Positions 59,725 through 64,000 of a stretch of DNA of 64,000 nucleotides are shown in pieces. The stretch is from Candidatus Uhrbacteria bacterium (GTDB taxonomy: Bacteria > Patescibacteriota > Patescibacteriia > UBA9934), in assembly GCA_030688135.1 (NCBI GenBank), contig JAUYIW010000067.1, positions 23,982 through 87,981 on the forward strand, given 5' to 3'. The stretch's first letter is position 1. Every line of letters begins with the position of its first letter. Under the pieces are notes generated by a model that made no database searches, was not told the DNA's origin, and saw only the letters and a list, made by a program, of their open reading frames with translations. Both the position numbers and the translations under genes were made by a program.

Positions 59725-60426
59725 TCATCCAAATATCAAACTGAATAGCAACAGGCAGTTCTCCCCTACTAATAAGTCACAAAGCATGTACGCTGGCCAG
59801 CTTACAAAAAAGAACACGTTAAAAGCCGGCGATATAATCGATATTAGTACCAAAACGATTAAAACCTGAGGTCCGTACGTCGCAATTGCGTTCCTGAACT
59901 TTTGATGCTTTGGTTTTACTAAAAGTGCATCAACTAGCTTTGAACCATCAAGCGGATGAACTGGAATAATATTAAAGAAAAGCAGGAACAAGTTAATAAT
60001 AACAAGAAGCACTAGAAATACCGGGAGTAGCGTGGACGACGTAAGTAGATCGGTCATGGAAAGAATTCGGAGTGCAATTGCAGCAAGCGATGCCAAAATC
60101 AAATTCGCCAAAGGCCCGGCAAGCGCAATATAAACTGCATCAACTTTTGGATTCTTTAGATTGTATGGATTGAACGGAACCGGCTTTGCCCAACCAAACC
60201 CTAAAAGTATAAGCGGAATGAGTCCCATTGGATCAATGTGAGCGATTGGGTTCAATGTGAGCCGACCAGCGTTTGCTGCAGTTGGGTCACCCTTTAAGTG
60301 CCCCGCAAGCGCATGCGCAAATTCATGCACTGTGATCGACATAAAAATAACCACAATCCAAACAATCGCGATTGCCGGTGAGTTGTATAGTAGAGTTAAG
60401 AACATATTGCCAATATAATATATCAA
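59725..60426 (-). CDS. peptidase M50-family membrane metalloprotease (site-2-protease-like)
   Basis: HExxH (VHEFAHAL) inside a TM helix, multiple TM segments, LDGSK-type motif (HPLDGSKL). 233 aa. Confidence 0.75.
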   Translation of the reverse strand: MIYYIGNMFLTLLYNSPAIAIVWIVVIFMSITVHEFAHALAGHLKGDPTAANAGRLTLNPIAHIDPMGLIPLILLGFGWAKPVPFNPYNLKNPKVDAVYIALAGPLANLILASLAAIALRILSMTDLLTSSTLLPVFLVLLVIINLFLLFFNIIPVHPLDGSKLVDALLVKPKHQKFRNAIATYGPQVLIVLVLISIISPAFNVFFFVSWPAYMLCDLLVGENCLLLFSLIFG

Positions 60427-60440
60427 TTTAAGCTTTTTGA

Positions 60441-61361
60441 CTACCCGTCAATCGATCTCCAACTCGACAAATCCCTCCCTAATAAATCCTCAACATAACG
60501 AATATCTTCTTCGAACTGTGGTAGCAATTCACTTCTCAATGCTCTATCCAATTCAGGCCTCGATTTACTAGCGCCAATCCTTCGAATCCTCTCCTTCAAT
60601 TTTCCAAGAGGCCTTCTAATTGAAACTGGAAGATTACGCACAGCACCAGTAAAGCTTACCGCCTCCATTACACGTTGTAGCTTCCTAAATCGCGGAATAT
60701 AGGCCTGATTAGACTCATGTTTAAAATCTAGCTTGATATCGGGATCGACATTTAAAAACTTACAAATTCTATTCATCTGCCCTTCCGTGTCTCTTCGAAG
60801 GTCTTCCGAAAGTAAAACCAAAATCTGCTCGCTCGGAAAAAGTTTAAAAAACCTTTCTAAATGAGTCTTGTAAGAACTAACATCTATGTAATACTGCAAT
60901 CTTGGATGATTCTCGTGAACCATTTCTTTAAAACTAGGAAAATATTTCTTTTTAAAACCATACCTATTTTCATGCCAATATTCTGAAAAAACTCGCGCCA
61001 CCGGATCACGAAGCAAAAAAATCAATTTTATATCTGGCATAAACTTGTAGAGCATTTCTGCTGAATCAGGAAAATATAAATATTGAACCGAGGCTTCGCC
61101 AATGGCTCTCTGTGTATCGTTTGGATTGAATTGAGACTTATACCAATCCCAACCTTTATAAAAAGTTCCAGACCCAAGAGGATCAACTCCGAACTCGTCT
61201 CCAATAAGTGATCCACGCTCAAACTCGCCTTTAAACTCTGAAAAAAATGTAATTTCTTTTGGATTTGAAACAAAAACTTCAGGATGCGAACTTAGATAAT
61301 CTGCAAGCGAAGTTGTACCGCACTTGGGCGCGCCAGCAATAATAAAATTCGGTAATGCCAT
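60441..61361 (-). CDS. PAPS-dependent sulfotransferase
   Basis: 5'-PSB motif IIAGAPKCGTTSL and 3'-PB motif LLRDPVARVFSEYWH. 306 aa. Confidence 0.8.
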   Translation of the reverse strand: MALPNFIIAGAPKCGTTSLADYLSSHPEVFVSNPKEITFFSEFKGEFERGSLIGDEFGVDPLGSGTFYKGWDWYKSQFNPNDTQRAIGEASVQYLYFPDSAEMLYKFMPDIKLIFLLRDPVARVFSEYWHENRYGFKKKYFPSFKEMVHENHPRLQYYIDVSSYKTHLERFFKLFPSEQILVLLSEDLRRDTEGQMNRICKFLNVDPDIKLDFKHESNQAYIPRFRKLQRVMEAVSFTGAVRNLPVSIRRPLGKLKERIRRIGASKSRPELDRALRSELLPQFEEDIRYVEDLLGRDLSSWRSIDG

Positions 61362-61362
61362 A

Positions 61363-62127
61363 TTAATTACTAACTATAAAATGTGGATTTCTTAAATCTT
61401 CTTTATTGTACCTCATTCTCTCCAGACCCTCGACAGTCAGCACACTTCCCCCTGCCTCTTCAACAATAATCTGCGCTGCCGCAGTATCCCATTCCATAGT
61501 TGTGCCAAGACGAGGATAAACATCTGCCGCCCCTTCAGCAACTGCTAAAAACTTTCTGGTGCTGCCAAACTGTTTAATTTCAGGGCTGATATACTCTTCC
61601 ATATACTTTACAGTTTCTTCGTTCATGTGATTTCGGGACGCTACAATCCTTACGTTTCCGTTAGGCTTTTCAGATACATGAATCATCTCAGTTTTTTCTC
61701 CTACTTCTAAAAACGCACCGCCTCCACTTACAGCGTAATACAATAAACCATGCGCTGGAACTAAAACTACACCAAGAATAGAAATCCCACTTTCAATAAG
61801 AGCAATATTAACAGTAAAGTCCCCAGTCCTTGCAATAAATTCCTTTGTGCCATCGATTGGATCAACTAGCCAAAAATCTTTCCATTCCTTTCGCTCATTG
61901 TAAGAAACGCTATCCCCTTCTTCGCTAAGAACTGGTAGCCCAGTTCGCGAAAGAATATCAAAAATTATTTCATGAGAGCGCCTATCCGCAATGGTTATTG
62001 GCGAATTGTCATCTTTTATTTCAACACCAAAGTTACTCGATAAATAAACATCCATTATTGAATCAGAAGCGACCTCTGCAGCTTCTTTTGCAATACTCAA
62101 ATATTTTCCTAATTCATCGATCAACAT
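61363..62127 (-). CDS. cysQ: 3'(2'),5'-bisphosphate nucleotidase CysQ (inositol monophosphatase family)
   Basis: Metal-binding motifs LSEEG and WLVDPIDGTKEF. 254 aa. Confidence 0.8.
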   Translation of the reverse strand: MLIDELGKYLSIAKEAAEVASDSIMDVYLSSNFGVEIKDDNSPITIADRRSHEIIFDILSRTGLPVLSEEGDSVSYNERKEWKDFWLVDPIDGTKEFIARTGDFTVNIALIESGISILGVVLVPAHGLLYYAVSGGGAFLEVGEKTEMIHVSEKPNGNVRIVASRNHMNEETVKYMEEYISPEIKQFGSTRKFLAVAEGAADVYPRLGTTMEWDTAAAQIIVEEAGGSVLTVEGLERMRYNKEDLRNPHFIVSN

Positions 62128-63361
62128 ATGAATGTATCATCCCTGCTGCCACAGTATTATTTGTCTCAGGGTCAATCAGAATAATGCTACCGGTTGATTT
62201 ATTGTTCCTGTATGTATCAAAACACACTGGATCTTGTGTGATTATTCTAGCGCGAATAATGTCGTTCGCTACAACTTCTTTGGTATCCTGCATTCGACTC
62301 AAAGAATGAATGTCAACTTTGTAAATAACTTCCGATACCGCAGCCTTAGTCTCCTTGGATGTCTGACGAATTAAATATGATTTTTGGCGGTCAAATGGTT
62401 GGTCATCCAACCAGCACATCATAACATCAAACTGCGTGCCAACTTGTGGACGATTATTTATTCTTACAAGCATATCTCCACGCATAACTTGAATATCATC
62501 CTCAAGCTCAATTGCCACAGACATGCCTACAGAAGCCTCATTGAGTTGGCTCTTAGCAAGACTAATTTCTAAAATTCTCGATGTAATTCCGGACGGCAAA
62601 ACCATTACTTCATCTCCTTTTCTTAAAGACCCGCTAGCTACTCTTCCAAGAATCATGTTCCGGTCATTTTGTGTAAATACCATTTGAATAGGAAATCTTG
62701 CATCAATATTATTTCCATCTCCAGAAATATGAATATTATCTAACAAATAACTAAGAGTTGGGCCGTCGTACCATGGCATATTAGCTGACCGAGTTACTAC
62801 CCCATCTCCACAAAGCGCACTCATTGGAATAAAATGAATGTCATTTATGTCCAACTTGGAAGAAAATTCTCGGAAACTTTCAACAATATTATCAAATACT
62901 TTTTGATCATAGTTAGCCTTATCCATCTTGTTCACGCAAAGCACAAGGTGAGAAACTTGCAAAAGCGATGCAATGTAAGCGTGACGTTTTGTTTGTTCCT
63001 GAATCCCTTCTTGCGCGTCAATCAAAATCAAAGCAACATTTGCGGTTGAAGAACCAGTAAACATATTTCTGGTGTATTCAAAGTGTCCAGGGCAATCAGC
63101 AAGTATAAACTTGCGTCGTTCAGTTTCAAAATACCTATAGGCAACATCGATCGTTATTCTCTTTTCTTGTTCTGCGGCAAGCCCATCAGTAAAAAGCGAA
63201 AAATCTAAAGACTCAAAACCTCGCTCCTTACTGGCGCGTGTCACAGATTCCACCTGATCTTCATAAACCGAACCGGAATCAAATAGCAGGCGACCAATCA
63301 AGGTGCTCTTACCGTCGTCCACTGAACCGATTGTAACTAATCTAAGAAGCTCCTTATTCAT
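62114..63361 (-). CDS. cysN: sulfate adenylyltransferase subunit 1 (GTPase) CysN
   Basis: GSVDDGKSTLIGRLL, DCPGHFEY and NKMD boxes. The likely start is MNKELLRLVTIG at 63361. There is no APS-kinase fusion. Confidence 0.85.
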   Translation of the reverse strand: MNKELLRLVTIGSVDDGKSTLIGRLLFDSGSVYEDQVESVTRASKERGFESLDFSLFTDGLAAEQEKRITIDVAYRYFETERRKFILADCPGHFEYTRNMFTGSSTANVALILIDAQEGIQEQTKRHAYIASLLQVSHLVLCVNKMDKANYDQKVFDNIVESFREFSSKLDINDIHFIPMSALCGDGVVTRSANMPWYDGPTLSYLLDNIHISGDGNNIDARFPIQMVFTQNDRNMILGRVASGSLRKGDEVMVLPSGITSRILEISLAKSQLNEASVGMSVAIELEDDIQVMRGDMLVRINNRPQVGTQFDVMMCWLDDQPFDRQKSYLIRQTSKETKAAVSEVIYKVDIHSLSRMQDTKEVVANDIIRARIITQDPVCFDTYRNNKSTGSIILIDPETNNTVAAGMIHSYVDR

Positions 63362-63362
63362 A

Positions 63363-64000
63363 TTAAAAATATCCAGCCCTTTTTCTATCTTCCATTGCCG
63401 AAGTAGACAACTTGTCATCAACTCTTGAACCACGTTCACTCTGCTTTGCAACCTCAAGCTCTGCAATTATCTCCTGAATGGTATTAGCTTTTGAACAAAC
63501 AGCGCCAGTGCACGTTATATCGCCAACTGTTCTAAACCTTACAGTCATGATTTTTGATTCCTCACTCGTTTGCTTATCTAAAATACCTTCGTCTGCCAAA
63601 ATCACACCATTACGGCTAAAACACTTTCGATTATGCGCAAAATATAACTCGGGAACAACTAGTCGTTCTTCCTGAATATATCGCCATACATCCAACTCGG
63701 TCCAATTGCTAATTGGAAATGCCCTAAAATGCTCGCCATCTTTGATTCTACCGTTAAATAAATTCCAAATTTCAGGTCGCTGATTGTTAGGTTGCCATCC
63801 ACCGCCTACATCGCGATGAGAGAAAAATCGCTCTTTTGCACGCGCTTTTTCTTCGTCACGTCTGCCTCCACCTATTGCAGCATCGAATGTATTATCTGCG
63901 ATTGCTCGCTTGAGGGCTATGCTTTGCAATGAGTTTCTGCTCGAATCCAAAGCCTCTTCGGCCACTCCAGTGTTGATAAGGTCCTGCACACTGCCAACTA
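63363..64000 (-). CDS. cysD: sulfate adenylyltransferase subunit 2 CysD (C-terminal part; 5' end beyond window)
   Basis: GGGRRDEEKARAKER...NQRPEIWNLFNG...SNWTELDVWRYI...VRFRTVGDITCTGAV aligns with the CysD C-terminal half. The ORF is open at the window edge. Confidence 0.8.
   Translation of the reverse strand, partial: VGSVQDLINTGVAEEALDSSRNSLQSIALKRAIADNTFDAAIGGGRRDEEKARAKERFFSHRDVGGGWQPNNQRPEIWNLFNGRIKDGEHFRAFPISNWTELDVWRYIQEERLVVPELYFAHNRKCFSRNGVILADEGILDKQTSEESKIMTVRFRTVGDITCTGAVCSKANTIQEIIAELEVAKQSERGSRVDDKLSTSAMEDRKRAGYF

Overview
The window reads as a small, AT-rich, gene-dense bacterial genome of Candidate Phyla Radiation (Patescibacteria) type. The S10/spc r-protein cluster has no L30 gene, the S14 is a Zn-ribbon type, there are long AT-rich spacers, and several housekeeping proteins are short.

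Most of the window is core housekeeping on both strands. Identified genes include hisS, lepB, an LCP-family protein, der, pth, dprA, folC, topA, an RSH (p)ppGpp enzyme, parAB, scpAB, aspS, recO, ruvX and a D-Ala-D-Ala carboxypeptidase. A minus-strand block from about 40.5 to 59.6 kb carries map-adk-secY-L15-S5-L18-L6-S8-S14-L5-L24-L14-S17-L29-L16-S3-L22-S19-L2-L23-L4-L3-S10-tuf-(inserted ORF)-fusA-S7-S12. It is followed by an M50 protease and a sulfation cluster (sulfotransferase-cysQ-cysN-cysD).

Interspersed with these is an unusually rich accessory layer. (1) Four to five compositionally foreign high-GC islands (about 1-2750, 5150-6560, 11070-12085, 39340-40230) carry unknown genes. Each is driven by a near-consensus sigma70-like promoter sharing the extended -35 context CTTGACAAA(A)G and is bounded by GC-rich hairpins. 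One island is a symmetric two-gene cassette with identical inward-facing promoter inverted repeats. Two islands are bordered by an 18-bp iteron TCAACGCTAGATGTTGGA. (2) A REP-associated tyrosine transposase (RAYT) gene is flanked by four copies of the 17-nt palindrome GCAACCCTAAGGGTTGC. (3) An IS1595-like Zn-finger transposase sits next to the topA terminator. (4) Several MITE-like repeat families are present. One is a GC-rich ~130-bp element in three copies. One is a ~140-bp element whose two inverted copies bracket a tRNA-Leu/tRNA-Met/LRR-protein segment. One is a family of ~100-bp palindromic spacers inside the r-protein operon that supplies a conserved GTACATCAGTAGGAACC motif just upstream of map, rplX, rpsS and rplB. 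(5) A 48-bp and a 192-bp tandem repeat lie between relA/spoT and parB. (6) A MacAB-like ABC efflux trio is also present. Three tRNAs are called (Met, Leu, Met), along with a duplicated tRNA-3'-end/terminator fragment.

All calls come from reading the sequence and recalling conserved motifs; no database search was run.
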